Below are positions 9,417 through 19,451 of a stretch of 64,000 bases of DNA, one piece after another (within the stretch, counting starts at the first letter, position 1; the number at the start of each line of letters is the position of its first letter). The notes beneath the pieces are model-generated. The model made no database searches. It saw only the letters and a list, made by a program, of their open reading frames with translations, and was not told the origin of the DNA. Source of the DNA: Methanobacteriota archaeon (GTDB lineage: Archaea > Halobacteriota > Bog-38 > Methanoflorentales > Methanoflorentaceae). Location of the stretch: assembly GCA_963720465.1 (NCBI GenBank), contig OY970393.1, forward strand, positions 288,001 through 352,000, written 5' to 3'. The position numbers were made by a program, and so were the translations under genes.

Positions 9417-10019
9417 CTATTTTCGTCCAATGATCGTCGTACCGATCGTACTGCGTCGCTGGATAGCGGCGATGACCCGTTCAAAGTGGCGACCGTTCAC
9501 AATAGTGCAATTCAAACTGTACTTTTCCAAGAGCTGAGGGAGGAACGCATCGACGCACGTTTGTGATGTGAGCTCGCTAGCAGCGATGCGCGAAGTCATT
9601 CCTTTTGTTGAAAAAATTCCGTCGACATCGGTTGCTATGACTAGATCGGCGTGCAGTTCGTAGGCAACCCAACACGCGATGGAGTCGCTAGTAGCCTCCC
9701 ACGAGTGTGGCAATGGATCGCACTCATACAGAATTTTGAACGGCAACAGAATGCAAATCCCAGGCTCAAGCGCGCACAGATCTTCAACCAATGTCGCTCC
9801 GGACGTGCCCAGATAGAAGCCATATTGATTCATTGCCAGAACGGCCATCCAGTGAGCAGTCGCATCATCGACGCGGTCTCCATAGCGCCGGACAGTCTGT
9901 GCAAATGGTCCACCGCCTGGTACCACCAGCGCGTCCACGTGAGCAGCACTCAGGTACGCAATCAAGTTCGAGGCGACCTCAATTAGGCTGCCTCCGACTT
10001 TGAGCACGGTGTGCGTCAT
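9417..10019 (-). CDS. Amino-acid-kinase family protein, MfnE-like (methanofuran pathway)
   Basis: VLKVGGSL, VPGGGPFA, AHWMAVLAM, LPHSWEATSDSIA, TDVDG. Confidence 0.85.
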   Translation of the reverse strand: MTHTVLKVGGSLIEVASNLIAYLSAAHVDALVVPGGGPFAQTVRRYGDRVDDATAHWMAVLAMNQYGFYLGTSGATLVEDLCALEPGICILLPFKILYECDPLPHSWEATSDSIACWVAYELHADLVIATDVDGIFSTKGMTSRIAASELTSQTCVDAFLPQLLEKYSLNCTIVNGRHFERVIAAIQRRSTIGTTIIGRK

Positions 10020-10388
10020 CCTGTTCTGCTCCCGCATCCCGACCGACGGGGGTCGTGCCACGCTACATCTCTTTTTTGCAGCAAAGGCGATATCTGTTTT
10101 GTCAGGGCCCCGGCACAAGAGATCGAAAGGGTCTATATAAGAGACTTTTGATGTGCTAGGATTCTCAGCAGTTTTTTCTGAAAACGTAGCGCCGCACAAA
10201 GATCGTTCCTAGCTTGGGAGGCGAGGTTAATCGGACGCGTGAAAAAGCGCTTGAAATGTCGTCGGCAAGCCTTGCGGAAAAACTCACGCGATCAAATCGA
10301 GATCGATCGTTGGGTGCTACCGTAATTGTCTCAGCGACCTCTTCGTGTGACTTCAGAATCCCAGCACATCAGAGTCATTTGCGAGCGG

Positions 10389-11963
10389 CTACGGCGGCTT
10401 TTCTTCTGGGATGACCGCGGCCCCCAAACGGCCGAGGTCGAGGCGATCCCACGGAGTCGGCGGAAGTGGTATGTTCATCATTTCATGGCTCAGGTCGTGA
10501 CGTTCCCATTGCAGATACATGTCTTTATAATCATCAGGAAATGAGTCACGACTGCCAGCGATTTTCAAACGCTCCTTGATAAAAGGCTTTAGGTCTCTCT
10601 TTTGCTGGCGGATTGTGCGTAGAATTGTTGTGTCAACCACGTCTCTGCCGTCCCAAAGCCGAAGGATAGGCGTTAGATGAAACATATGCACGAGCCGCGC
10701 GTCTTCCAGCGGCAATTGCTCCGTTGATTCTGCCCATTGCTTGATGAGCGCATGTTCCTTTCTCCAGATCGCCACGCGTCGTGATGTGATCTCTTTTGTT
10801 AGTTGCCGACATCGCGTGCGTCGCGTTATGGGAGCGTCAACTTCGTCGAAAGCCCGCATAAAGCCTTGGTCCATATTGATCTTGATGAGGCCGATATTGA
10901 GCTCTGCAAACCCGTGAACGGGAATCAAGGGATCAATAACGGTAAGGTCTACGCGTCGATCGCTTTGCTGCGCAGCTGCCAGATCGCCGTTGGTGATTTC
11001 GTCAAGAACAATCGCTGCCGCCCGATTTGCTATGTCGAGGAGGTCACGATCGTCGCTGCTGCCCACGGCCCAGTCCATGCAGTTCGTGCTAAAGTCTTCC
11101 GTCCGTATGTCAAACAGACTGCTTGTGGTCCAGTCCTCGGTCGGGTAATCCGCAACCGAGTCTTCGCGGTCTCGACTGAGGCGCGGAAGACAGAGAATAG
11201 CAAAGATCGTGTCGGCGCCGCAGTCTATCGCTCCCCGGATAGGGACAACTTCCCGAACAGAGCCATCGATATACCAGCTGCCGTCCACCTCGACGGGGGG
11301 AAATATCCCCGGAACCGCTGCTGATGCGAGGGCGGCTTTAATGAGCTTCTCTCGTGACTCACACAGTACGTTCACTTTGTCGCCCTTGTTGTCCCTGTCG
11401 CGATCGGTGTCGCACGACCTGTTATAAAAGCAGGTGTGCGCTCCTGTCTTAAGATCTGTCGCGTAAAGACGGAATGCTATTTCTGACGTAAGCGCTTTGT
11501 CGAGATCTTCAACGTCCTCACTCATCTTCTTTTCGAGGCGATCGGCCGGGTAGAGCGAGCGCTTGTCTTTAACGATCTTGATCATGTTTTCGAGATCCTT
11601 GACGGCGCTCGAAACATCCCCGAATAGTTGGAGGCTTGATTCGTGCAAAAGGCCTCCCATCGTGCAAACCCAGGAACCCACTGCACCGTCGACGACGGTT
11701 TTTAGCAAGGGGGCTAATTCTTCTGACCACTCGTGCTGCGGAATCAGATCGACCCGAGTGTTGACGTCCTTAAACCAATACCGTTCCAGCTTGTCAGCGC
11801 AGTCTTCACCCGTAGCAACGATCGCTGCGTTGATCGCACCGATTGAGGTGCCACAAACACACTTAATATCTGGCAAAACGCCCTTTTCATACAGATATTT
11901 GAGCGCTCCGACTTGAAAATCGCCGAGGGTTCCCCCGCCGCCGAGCACAACTCCAGTTGGCAT
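10389..11963 (-). CDS. Patatin-like phospholipase with long C-terminal extension
   Basis: GGGGTLG oxyanion loop, GTSIG nucleophile, ASAAVPGIFPPV...YIDG; RBS GGAGGT. Confidence 0.9.
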   Translation of the reverse strand: MPTGVVLGGGGTLGDFQVGALKYLYEKGVLPDIKCVCGTSIGAINAAIVATGEDCADKLERYWFKDVNTRVDLIPQHEWSEELAPLLKTVVDGAVGSWVCTMGGLLHESSLQLFGDVSSAVKDLENMIKIVKDKRSLYPADRLEKKMSEDVEDLDKALTSEIAFRLYATDLKTGAHTCFYNRSCDTDRDRDNKGDKVNVLCESREKLIKAALASAAVPGIFPPVEVDGSWYIDGSVREVVPIRGAIDCGADTIFAILCLPRLSRDREDSVADYPTEDWTTSSLFDIRTEDFSTNCMDWAVGSSDDRDLLDIANRAAAIVLDEITNGDLAAAQQSDRRVDLTVIDPLIPVHGFAELNIGLIKINMDQGFMRAFDEVDAPITRRTRCRQLTKEITSRRVAIWRKEHALIKQWAESTEQLPLEDARLVHMFHLTPILRLWDGRDVVDTTILRTIRQQKRDLKPFIKERLKIAGSRDSFPDDYKDMYLQWERHDLSHEMMNIPLPPTPWDRLDLGRLGAAVIPEEKPP

Positions 11964-12478
11964 ACCTTTACCTCCCTACCGCAATTCATCGCGGCGCTTG
12001 ACCCGCGATCTGCCTGTATGCTCGCGCGTATTTCGTGCCAAACGTTCCAGGACGACGTTAGAGGCGTTACGTCACGGCAGCCAGGTCACTCGTCGCGACG
12101 CGCGATTTTAGGGCAGGCCGCGGTGATCGAAGCTGCGTCGCTGCACGCTTGACGAATCGAAGATCGTTGCATCAATACGTGCGAGCTTACATTTTCGCGG
12201 GTTGACAGTAGGGATGTTGTTTCAATCAAAAAAGTTGTCGACGCTGAGCGCTGTTCCTCGAGACGAGGCGATCGGTGTTAACATGACTAACACACAGCGT
12301 GCCGCTAAATCAGACGTATTCGGATCCTCGAGCCGCGATAATGTAACCTCGCCCGCTAGCTGAATCGGTTATCTCGGCCAGGTATAAGCGCTAGGAACTC
12401 CCCCAAAGTCTGCTGTCCCACCAGCAAGTTTAGCACGGGCACGGCTAAGTTGCGTGCAGCCAGCGCTCACTTGGAAGT

Positions 12479-12721
12479 TCAGCTGCGCTCTTTCGAATAA
12501 CTGATCAACGTGTCGCGCACACATGAAAAATGCTCTGAGACATCATCGTCAAAAGCCGCGCTTCCGCCGTGGTCTGCTTCACCGTCTTTTGCTGCCATCG
12601 AACCCGCGAGCTGGTCAACGGCGCGGGTCAAGCGATCTGCGCACGTTCGGCAATCGGCAAGCGTCGCATTAGGACAGCCGACGCGGAGTCCATAGTAGCA
12701 CACATCGTGTTCTTGGTTCAT
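12479..12721 (-). CDS. Small Cys-rich protein (80 aa), paralog of 22207-22473
   Basis: CYYGLRVGCPNATLADCRTCADRLTRAV aligns with CYYGVHFGCLNAACDPNCDTCAERLTNAV. Confidence 0.7.
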   Translation of the reverse strand: MNQEHDVCYYGLRVGCPNATLADCRTCADRLTRAVDQLAGSMAAKDGEADHGGSAAFDDDVSEHFSCVRDTLISYSKERS

Positions 12722-12725
12722 ACTC

Positions 12726-12860
12726 TTAGGGTGGCGCTCTGTTGCTGGGGCTCTCAACAAGGATCTCCGCCACCGTGGGATCAATCTCAAGTATGGTGCG
12801 AAGCGTCTGTTCAATAATGGCGATGTCGCTTTCCAGTTTCGTTAGTTCCCTGTTTGCCAT
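12726..12860 (-). CDS. Hypothetical 44-aa protein
   Basis: Strong RBS GGAGGTGA before ATG; MANRELTKLESDIAIIEQTLRTILEIDP; ends 4 nt before the next ORF. Confidence 0.6.
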   Translation of the reverse strand: MANRELTKLESDIAIIEQTLRTILEIDPTVAEILVESPSNRAPP

Positions 12861-13160
12861 CACGGTCACCTCCAAACCAGACTGCGCAAGAAAGTTTCTT
12901 AAGGCCGCGTGAGACAGGCTTTGTGTGCGAAAGTGTGACAAAGAGCTTGTGCCACACCCTCTCTGAATGTAGAGCGGAACCGGACCGCGGTGCCGCGTGC
13001 CGCATTCAGCTCGAAAAAACGCTGCTAATGCACAATACTAGCGAACTCAAATCTTCTTAAGCGCTCATTTTTCAGCATCGTGCTTAACGGAGGCCCGTGT
13101 GGGCAAACGATAACCAGGGCTAGTGCTAGATAAGAACCTACTTATATGCAATATCTCTAG

Positions 13161-14075
13161 ATGCACTTGAGAACTTTGAGAACTATGCATCTCAGTCAGG
13201 AAGTGCGAGCCTACGGCACCCTCATGCGGCTGCCTTATGTGCTCATGCTCGCCCTTCTATGCATCCTCTTTATCGTCACGTTCCAAAAAGGCTTACCCGA
13301 GCTTGGGCTCGTGGGTTTGGCGGTCATTACCGTAGCGATGGTAACTGCAGGAAGCGCGGCCATAAACGATTACTGCGATCGCGATTCAGACGCGCTCACG
13401 CATCCTGAAAGGCCTATCCCTTCGAACCACATCTCTGCTGCTCACGCCGCGGAGTTTTCTGCTCTGGCGTTCTTTGCTGCAATCGGGGTCTCACTTACGA
13501 TTAACGTCTTTGCTTTTGGCATTGTGCTCGTAAATGTTGGACTCTTCATTCTGTACGCGCGTGCGATAAAGCGAGTCTCTGGGTTTGTGAGCAACTTGGT
13601 TATGGGATATCTGGGAGCAACGATTGCTCTCTTCTCGGGTGCGGTAGTATTTCATACAATCAATGTCACGTCGCTCTCGTTCGTAGGTTTGATTGCCGGA
13701 GCTGCTATCGGTTTAAACGTTCTCAAAGACGTTTTGACCTTAACTGGGGACCGAAAAGTTGGATATCCCACCCTTGCGGCAAAGCGAGGGATACGCGTAG
13801 CAGCGATTGTCGGCGCTCTTTTCCTTCTTCTCTCTGCAATAACGTCGCCATTGCCGTTTTTTGTTGGGGCTGTCAGCGTTGCCTATTTGTTTCCTATTGC
13901 TGTTTGGGGCTGCTTCGTCTTCGTTACGGCCCTTACCCTCCTGAGAGCACCAAACATCGAAAATGTGACAGCGCAACTCAGGATCTTCACGACGTACTTT
14001 CCGTATGTTGCGGGACTCGCCGGCGTTGCGTATATACTTCCCTTCGCCGTCTGGGGGGCGCATTACAGTGTCTGA
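13161..14075 (+). CDS. UbiA-family prenyltransferase (DGGGP-synthase-like)
   Basis: AINDYCDRDSD..THPERPIPS, second motif KDVLTLTGD, multiple TM helices. Confidence 0.9.
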   Translation: MHLRTLRTMHLSQEVRAYGTLMRLPYVLMLALLCILFIVTFQKGLPELGLVGLAVITVAMVTAGSAAINDYCDRDSDALTHPERPIPSNHISAAHAAEFSALAFFAAIGVSLTINVFAFGIVLVNVGLFILYARAIKRVSGFVSNLVMGYLGATIALFSGAVVFHTINVTSLSFVGLIAGAAIGLNVLKDVLTLTGDRKVGYPTLAAKRGIRVAAIVGALFLLLSAITSPLPFFVGAVSVAYLFPIAVWGCFVFVTALTLLRAPNIENVTAQLRIFTTYFPYVAGLAGVAYILPFAVWGAHYSV

Positions 14076-14105
14076 AGAAAAATCGCACAGTCTAGCTGGT
14101 GCAAA

Positions 14106-14410
14106 ATGGCGTCTCAGGTAGCTGATCACGCCGACAATCTAGAGTCACCTCTTGGTCAGACGAGGAACATATTTGATATATGCAATATCCTCAATGGGTC
14201 AAGAAAAGCTGCAGGTCAGTTACTGCGACTTCATAAAGAGACTTACGCCGCTTCTCTTTACAGCTGGGACGCGTTTTTTGCACGTCGAGTCAATTACGGC
14301 AGGAAATACAAGAAAGACAATCACAAGAAGCTCGCGCGAATAGGTGACGCTTACATCCGAGACATAGATGCCAAAAAAATGGAATGGAACTCGGCCAAGG
14401 GATGCGTTAA
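14106..14410 (+). pseudogene. Decayed 5' copy of the downstream methyltransferase
   Basis: NLESPLGQTRNIFDICNIL and ARIGDAYIRDIDAKK match NLELYLAQIRDIFDIPRII and ARVVDAYIEDKHAKK. Confidence 0.65.
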
Positions 14411-14588
14411 CTATGGAAGGCGATCGAGGCGAGGGTACCCAACACTCACATTAGAGCGCGGCGCACGCAGCAGCAATTGCTGGGGCGCTTGTCCTTCTAA
14501 TCTCCGCCATAACGTCGCCCTTTCATATCTCGTGAGGGCCGCCAGCGCTGCCTACGCGCTCGCGGTAGCTGCCTGGGGGTCCAGTGAA

Positions 14589-15566
14589 ATGCCTGAAGAA
14601 ACTATTGAATGGAAAACTACTGAATTGACGACCGATTCCACAGCAGACCGCCGCGCTGTAGGACAAGATCCAAATCTCGAGCTATACCTTGCGCAGATTC
14701 GTGACATATTCGACATACCTCGTATTATTGATGCGCCGCGCGATAAGCCGCAGATTATCAACTATTATTTGGCGAATAAACTTTCGTATAGATTGGCATG
14801 GAGTTTGGAGGGATTTATCCACTGCGGCATTAGCTACGACGGAAAACGCAAAAAAGAAGATTTCAGGGAACAAGCTAGAGTAGTTGATGCGTATATCGAA
14901 GACAAACACGCTAAAAAGGTGCTCGAGCTTGGCTATGGATTGGGTTCAAACTCCGCATACCTTGCAAGGCGCAACCCTCACGTGACCTTTGACGCGATTG
15001 ATATATCTAACAAGCCTTTGAGAAGTTTCACAACGATACCAAACTTGAGTTTTTGTTTCGGGGACTATCACAATTTGAGCCAGTTCAAGGATGACTCGTA
15101 CGATATCGTCTTTGTCATTGAGGCTTTGTGTTACTCAACTCAGAAATTAAAAGTATTTCGTGAGGTTAAAACGAAGTTAAAAAATGACGGCTTTTTAATT
15201 GTTTTTGACCCGTACACGAGAAATCGTGTGACTCCTCTGAGTGAGTCGGAAAAAACCATGTGGAAACTCATTTACAGAGGCTCTGTGCTTAAAACGTTCG
15301 AACGCGTGGACGATGTTGAGGATGCGATGCGAAAGGAGTTCTCAATCGTTATCGCTAAGGACCTATCGACGTGTGTTCTTCCGTCCTTGGAGGCACAGGA
15401 ATCCAAGGCGCGCCACTACTTTAATCATCCTGCTATTGCGAGAGTTATCAACAAGGTTCTTCCATTTGACGTCGTAAGACATCTGCCGCAGATATTGCTG
15501 ATGCCCACAAGCGTGCGAAGGCAGGTCGGGTGCTATTACTTACACGTGCTAAAAAACGATCGGTGA
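14589..15566 (+). CDS. Class I SAM-dependent methyltransferase
   Basis: VLELGYGLG, AIDIS, GDY, YDIVFVIEALCY, LKNDGFLIVFD. Confidence 0.88.
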   Translation: MPEETIEWKTTELTTDSTADRRAVGQDPNLELYLAQIRDIFDIPRIIDAPRDKPQIINYYLANKLSYRLAWSLEGFIHCGISYDGKRKKEDFREQARVVDAYIEDKHAKKVLELGYGLGSNSAYLARRNPHVTFDAIDISNKPLRSFTTIPNLSFCFGDYHNLSQFKDDSYDIVFVIEALCYSTQKLKVFREVKTKLKNDGFLIVFDPYTRNRVTPLSESEKTMWKLIYRGSVLKTFERVDDVEDAMRKEFSIVIAKDLSTCVLPSLEAQESKARHYFNHPAIARVINKVLPFDVVRHLPQILLMPTSVRRQVGCYYLHVLKNDR

Positions 15567-15597
15567 CATATCTTGCAAGGCGCTTTGCGCCAGCCAG

Positions 15598-16437
15598 TCA
15601 AACCTGCGGTGGGCCTTGTTTTTGTAGTTCTTCAATTCGCCTTGCCGCAGGAACTGACTGTTGCCACAGCATTTCAAAGGTCTCTATCAGGTAATCAGCG
15701 TAGGTGGGGTCATCGGTATAGAGCATTGCAATGGGTTGAGTCAGTGAGAGATGCTTGATATCCAAGTTAATACCATGCAAACAAGTTTTTCTGTCCAGCA
15801 CAGCGAAATATACCCCTCGGTATCCATCTAAATGGCGTACTTCCTCGCCAACGGCCAGTGCTTCTTTAACGAATTCAATTGCGGAGTATGATACATCAGT
15901 CAGCATTCTGAAGCTCGCTCCGCGCTCTATAAGCTTCTTGATTTCGTCTAATATGCCGAATAGCGAAGCGACAGCGATCACCTCTTCAGGACTTACCAGG
16001 ATCACTTCATTCTCGCATGCAGTTGTGAGAGCATTAGCGATGCCGACGAGTTCCTTAATGCTTTTGATAATCTTGAACGTCTTAACTTCGTCCGAGGGCC
16101 GGAACCGCTGTCGCTTTGAGAGCTGCTGCAGCTCCCGCCTTCGCGCCTCCATCTCTCGCAGCTCACTCTCCTGCTTTTTCACTGCGGCTTGGAGAGCGGC
16201 GTCCAGGTCCACTGCGGCGTAAATCGTTGGAGAGTCGAGTGAGGGCCGCACCATGCCTTTTTCAATGAGGCCAGTCAGCGTGCGGTGCACGTCCTCGCGA
16301 TATGTCTTGAGCGACTTTGCGAGAGGCGAGGGGCTCTTGGGGCCGTACTTGAGCAGGTGAAGATAGGTCTGTGCCTCCTTTTCGTTAAGCCCGAAGCCAA
16401 CCAGACGAGCGATAAACTGTGCGTCGTCGTCCATCAT
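15598..16437 (-). CDS. TrmB-family regulator (wHTH + effector domain)
   Basis: GLNEKEAQTYLHLLKYGP...VHRTL..L.EKGMV; C-terminal FEMLW. Confidence 0.9.
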   Translation of the reverse strand: MMDDDAQFIARLVGFGLNEKEAQTYLHLLKYGPKSPSPLAKSLKTYREDVHRTLTGLIEKGMVRPSLDSPTIYAAVDLDAALQAAVKKQESELREMEARRRELQQLSKRQRFRPSDEVKTFKIIKSIKELVGIANALTTACENEVILVSPEEVIAVASLFGILDEIKKLIERGASFRMLTDVSYSAIEFVKEALAVGEEVRHLDGYRGVYFAVLDRKTCLHGINLDIKHLSLTQPIAMLYTDDPTYADYLIETFEMLWQQSVPAARRIEELQKQGPPQV

Positions 16438-16814
16438 GACGAGATATCGTAAGCCGTAAATAAACGTTACTGTCCTGATTTTTATATTGCCCTATTTTGT
16501 TAATTAGATGTTTAACGTTCTAGAGCGCCTTACGCTCTGCTTTTATCGTGTGATTATGCTTGGCGGTTATTATCAGTTCAATGCGCTGAGAATAATTGCG
16601 AGATCAACATCTGAGTCGTGCAAACTCATGGGGGATGCTAGAGTAGATCGTTATCAGTCAACTTACCCTTTCGGGGCAACAATAGGAATGCCGAGTGTTT
16701 TTATGAACTATGGTCTAGCACCGGTCGCAATAAGTATTACAGCGGCAATATGGAAGCAGCTCTGGCAGCGTGCAACTGGTCGGTCGAGTGCTCTCAATGT
16801 GCGCAGACCTTCTC

Positions 16815-17273
16815 CTAAAACTCGTGTATCCGCTTCTGCGCATCAGTCGCTTCTGCCCAGGCTATATCGAAGTTTGAAAGGAGGTACTCGGCGTAGTCAG
16901 GATCATCAGTCCAGAATGCCACGATCTTGTCATCAAGCGAGAGATCTTTGACGTTGAAGTTAGTCGAACTAATGCTTTGGCTCTTATCTCCGACGAGCAG
17001 AAACGAGCCGATATCGTTTTCAATATGGCGCAGGTCTACGCCAATGTCGAGGAGTACGCTTACAGTTTCCGCGTATGGTGATGAGATCGTAGTTATTCCG
17101 CGCACTCGTCCACCCTTTTGCATCAGGCCTCTCGATTTCAAGTTGTATTGCGCGGCCATTGCCAACATCGGTGCTGGGAAAAGCCACGCAATGTCAATCT
17201 CTGCAGATTCTATGATGCTTGAACAAACCGTTATGACATCTTTCAGACTTTCAACGATCGTCTCATGAACCAT
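16815..17273 (-). CDS. HTH-less TrmB effector-domain-only protein
   Basis: ESAE.DIAWL, GGRVRGIT, WTDDPDYAEYL; own TATA box; no HTH. Confidence 0.82.
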   Translation of the reverse strand: MVHETIVESLKDVITVCSSIIESAEIDIAWLFPAPMLAMAAQYNLKSRGLMQKGGRVRGITTISSPYAETVSVLLDIGVDLRHIENDIGSFLLVGDKSQSISSTNFNVKDLSLDDKIVAFWTDDPDYAEYLLSNFDIAWAEATDAQKRIHEF

Positions 17274-17294
17274 TAACAGAGTGAAATGTCTCGG

Positions 17295-17330
17295 GGTTTA
17301 TAATGTTGCGTGACATCGTTTCCTTCACGT
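17295..17330 (-). promoter_or_regulatory. TATA box with adjacent CGTGA-N11-TCACG inverted repeat
   Basis: Near-identical layout at 19347-19382. Confidence 0.6.
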
Positions 17331-17414
17331 GCTATTATGCCGAGTAGCTGAGTTTCGCTGGGAGGTATGCATTGAGCTTCTCATTGCCGAGCATCCGCGC
17401 TCGCTTTTCACGAC

Positions 17415-17525
17415 TGCGCCTCGTTTTAAAAGCTTTTGAATCCGCTCCGCCGCCGGAAATAACGGCTGCGACAATACCTCAAATGTGGCCGTCATGTGTC
17501 GAGCGTAAGCAGCTAATCGGTCCAC
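17415..17525 (-). pseudogene. C-terminal remnant of a TrmB paralog
   Basis: AYARHMTATFEVLSQPLFPAAERIQKLL matches AYAQYLTSTFEMLWKQAIPAEQRIEQLL. Confidence 0.6.
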
Positions 17526-17704
17526 AGTGCTGCACCTCGTTAATCAAGCGAAAAACGGGGTATATTTGGGCTAATCTAACTCATAACGCTCGTCAAAAAC
17601 GGAGGTACGTTTCAGTTCAATAGGCTAAGCGTGCGTAGCAAAACGTCACGACACTTCGCAGTCAAGAACAGAGATTATATAGGCGAGTCGGTGATGGGCA
17701 TCCA

Positions 17705-18538
17705 TCAACTTTTCGGAGGGCCTTGCTGTAACAGCTGTTCTATACGCTGCTCTGCAGGGATCGCCTGTTTCCACAACATCTCAAACGTTGACGTGAGGTA
17801 CTGAGCATATGCTGGGTCATCGGTCCAAAGTCCGGAGACAGGCTCGTTGAGGGATATACGCTTGACTTCCGCGTTGATCGCGCTTATAGAGATTTTTCTG
17901 TCAAACACGACGAATGTAACCCCGTGTTCATCAATATGGCGCACTTCTTCACCGATGGCTATCATTTCTCGCACCGGCGCAATAAATGGATACGAAATGT
18001 CGATGATGGCTCGCACCTTTCCTCCGCGCTTGATAAATTCATACGCAGCCTCGTTGACTCCAAAGAGGGAGGCGACAACAGTCAGGTAAGCAGGAGCGGC
18101 TATCAGTCATTCCTCTTGCATCGAGTCAATTAAGGGCATAGAGACAGCGACGAGTTCCTTAATGCTCTTGATGATCTTGAACGTGCTCACTTCATCGGAG
18201 GCCCGGAATCGTTGTTGTTGCGAGAGCTCCTGAAGCTCACGCTTCCTTTCCTCCATCTCCCGGAGTTCGCTCTCCTGCTTCTGCAGAGCGGACCCGAGGG
18301 CGGTGTCGAGGTCGACGGCTGCGTAAACGGTGGGGGAATCAAATGAGGGACGTACCATGCCCTTCTCGATCAACTCAGTGAGGGTGCGGTGCACATCTTC
18401 GCGATACGTCTTCAGCGATTTGGCGATCGGGGACGGAGTCTTGGGGCCGTACTTAAGCAGGTGTAGATACAACAGTGCCTCTTTTTCGGTGAGCCCGAAT
18501 CCAATTAAACGGCGGGTGAACTCGTCGTCAGTGGCCAT
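17705..18538 (-). pseudogene. Full-length TrmB paralog with a single in-frame TGA (18107-18109)
   Basis: ORFs 18107-18538 and 17705-18016 share one frame; MQEE*LIAAP continues to VASLFG as in the paralogs. Confidence 0.85.
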
Positions 18539-18840
18539 TATTGGTCACAACGCATGTGAGCTAAATAATAGATATAGGTTAGCTTCGAAAAAGAAAGGCG
18601 AGGTCAAATACGCTATTTCGAGCGTTACAGCGTCACAGTTCAGTGCTTCAGTAGCATTGAGCCTACATCATTACGCACGGCGTGAGCGGCGGTCGATTGA
18701 AAGCACTATAAGCATCTGCTGTCGGAAAATATTTACGATGTCTACGCAATATGAGAAGAATACGCATGAAAGAATTTTAGTGAACAATCTTGGATATCTT
18801 TACTGATACTATTTGAGCATGCGCTCTTTAACTCGGCGCA

Positions 18841-19326
18841 TTAGAGATGCGAGGGGCTGTCACTAAGCTCTTGTATCCGCTTTTGTGCATCAGTAGCTTC
18901 TACCCAAGTTCTATCAAAGCTTGACAGGAGGTATTCGGCATAATCTGGGTTCTCAGTCCAGAGCGCTACAATCTTATCGTCAAGTGAGAGATCCTTGACA
19001 TTAACGTCAATCGCACTGACGCTTTGCCTGCAGTCTCCTACTACCATAAACGCCCCACTGTACTGTTCCACGTGGCGGACGCCTATCCCAATGTCGATGA
19101 GTTTGCTTACCACTTCGATATACGGCGGTGACACTTGGGTGATCCCTCGCACGTGTCCTCCTTTTTGTATCAGCACTCTGGATTTGTCATTCAGACAGAA
19201 GTGAGCGGCCAAGACCAATAGAGGGGCAGGGACGAGCCAGGAAACTTCCTTCTCTGCAGATTCTAGGATAGTTGAAGCCACAGCTATAGCGTCTTTAACG
19301 CTTTCAATAATGGTCCCATCTATCAT
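18841..19326 (-). CDS. HTH-less TrmB effector-domain-only protein
   Basis: IIESVKDA...ESAEKEVSWL...LSLDDKIVALWT. Confidence 0.82.
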   Translation of the reverse strand: MIDGTIIESVKDAIAVASTILESAEKEVSWLVPAPLLVLAAHFCLNDKSRVLIQKGGHVRGITQVSPPYIEVVSKLIDIGIGVRHVEQYSGAFMVVGDCRQSVSAIDVNVKDLSLDDKIVALWTENPDYAEYLLSSFDRTWVEATDAQKRIQELSDSPSHL

Positions 19327-19346
19327 CAAGCAAAACAGGAGGCCTC

Positions 19347-19382
19347 GGTTTATAAAGCTGCGTGACAAAGTTTACTTCACGT
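19347..19382 (-). promoter_or_regulatory. TATA box with adjacent CGTGA-N11-TCACG inverted repeat
   Basis: GGTTTATAAAGCTGCGTGACAAAGTTTACTTCACGT parallels 17295-17330. Confidence 0.6.
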
Positions 19383-19451
19383 TCTAGGTCAGCGACTAAA
19401 AAAGTACTAAAAAGTAAGCAAGGTCAAGCATTTTCCCAAGCGTAGCCCGGC

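Noticed and set aside
11990-12470. Long intergenic stretch: structured RNA or patatin remnant (TLGEF)
   Set aside because: No SRP, RNase P or riboswitch motif recognised; peptide similarity too short.
16508-16951. 147-aa plus-strand ORF
   Set aside because: Overlaps a real minus-strand gene; no motif or RBS.
18107-18109. Selenocysteine recoding of the TGA
   Set aside because: Paralogs have no Cys at this position and no SECIS-like element was seen.
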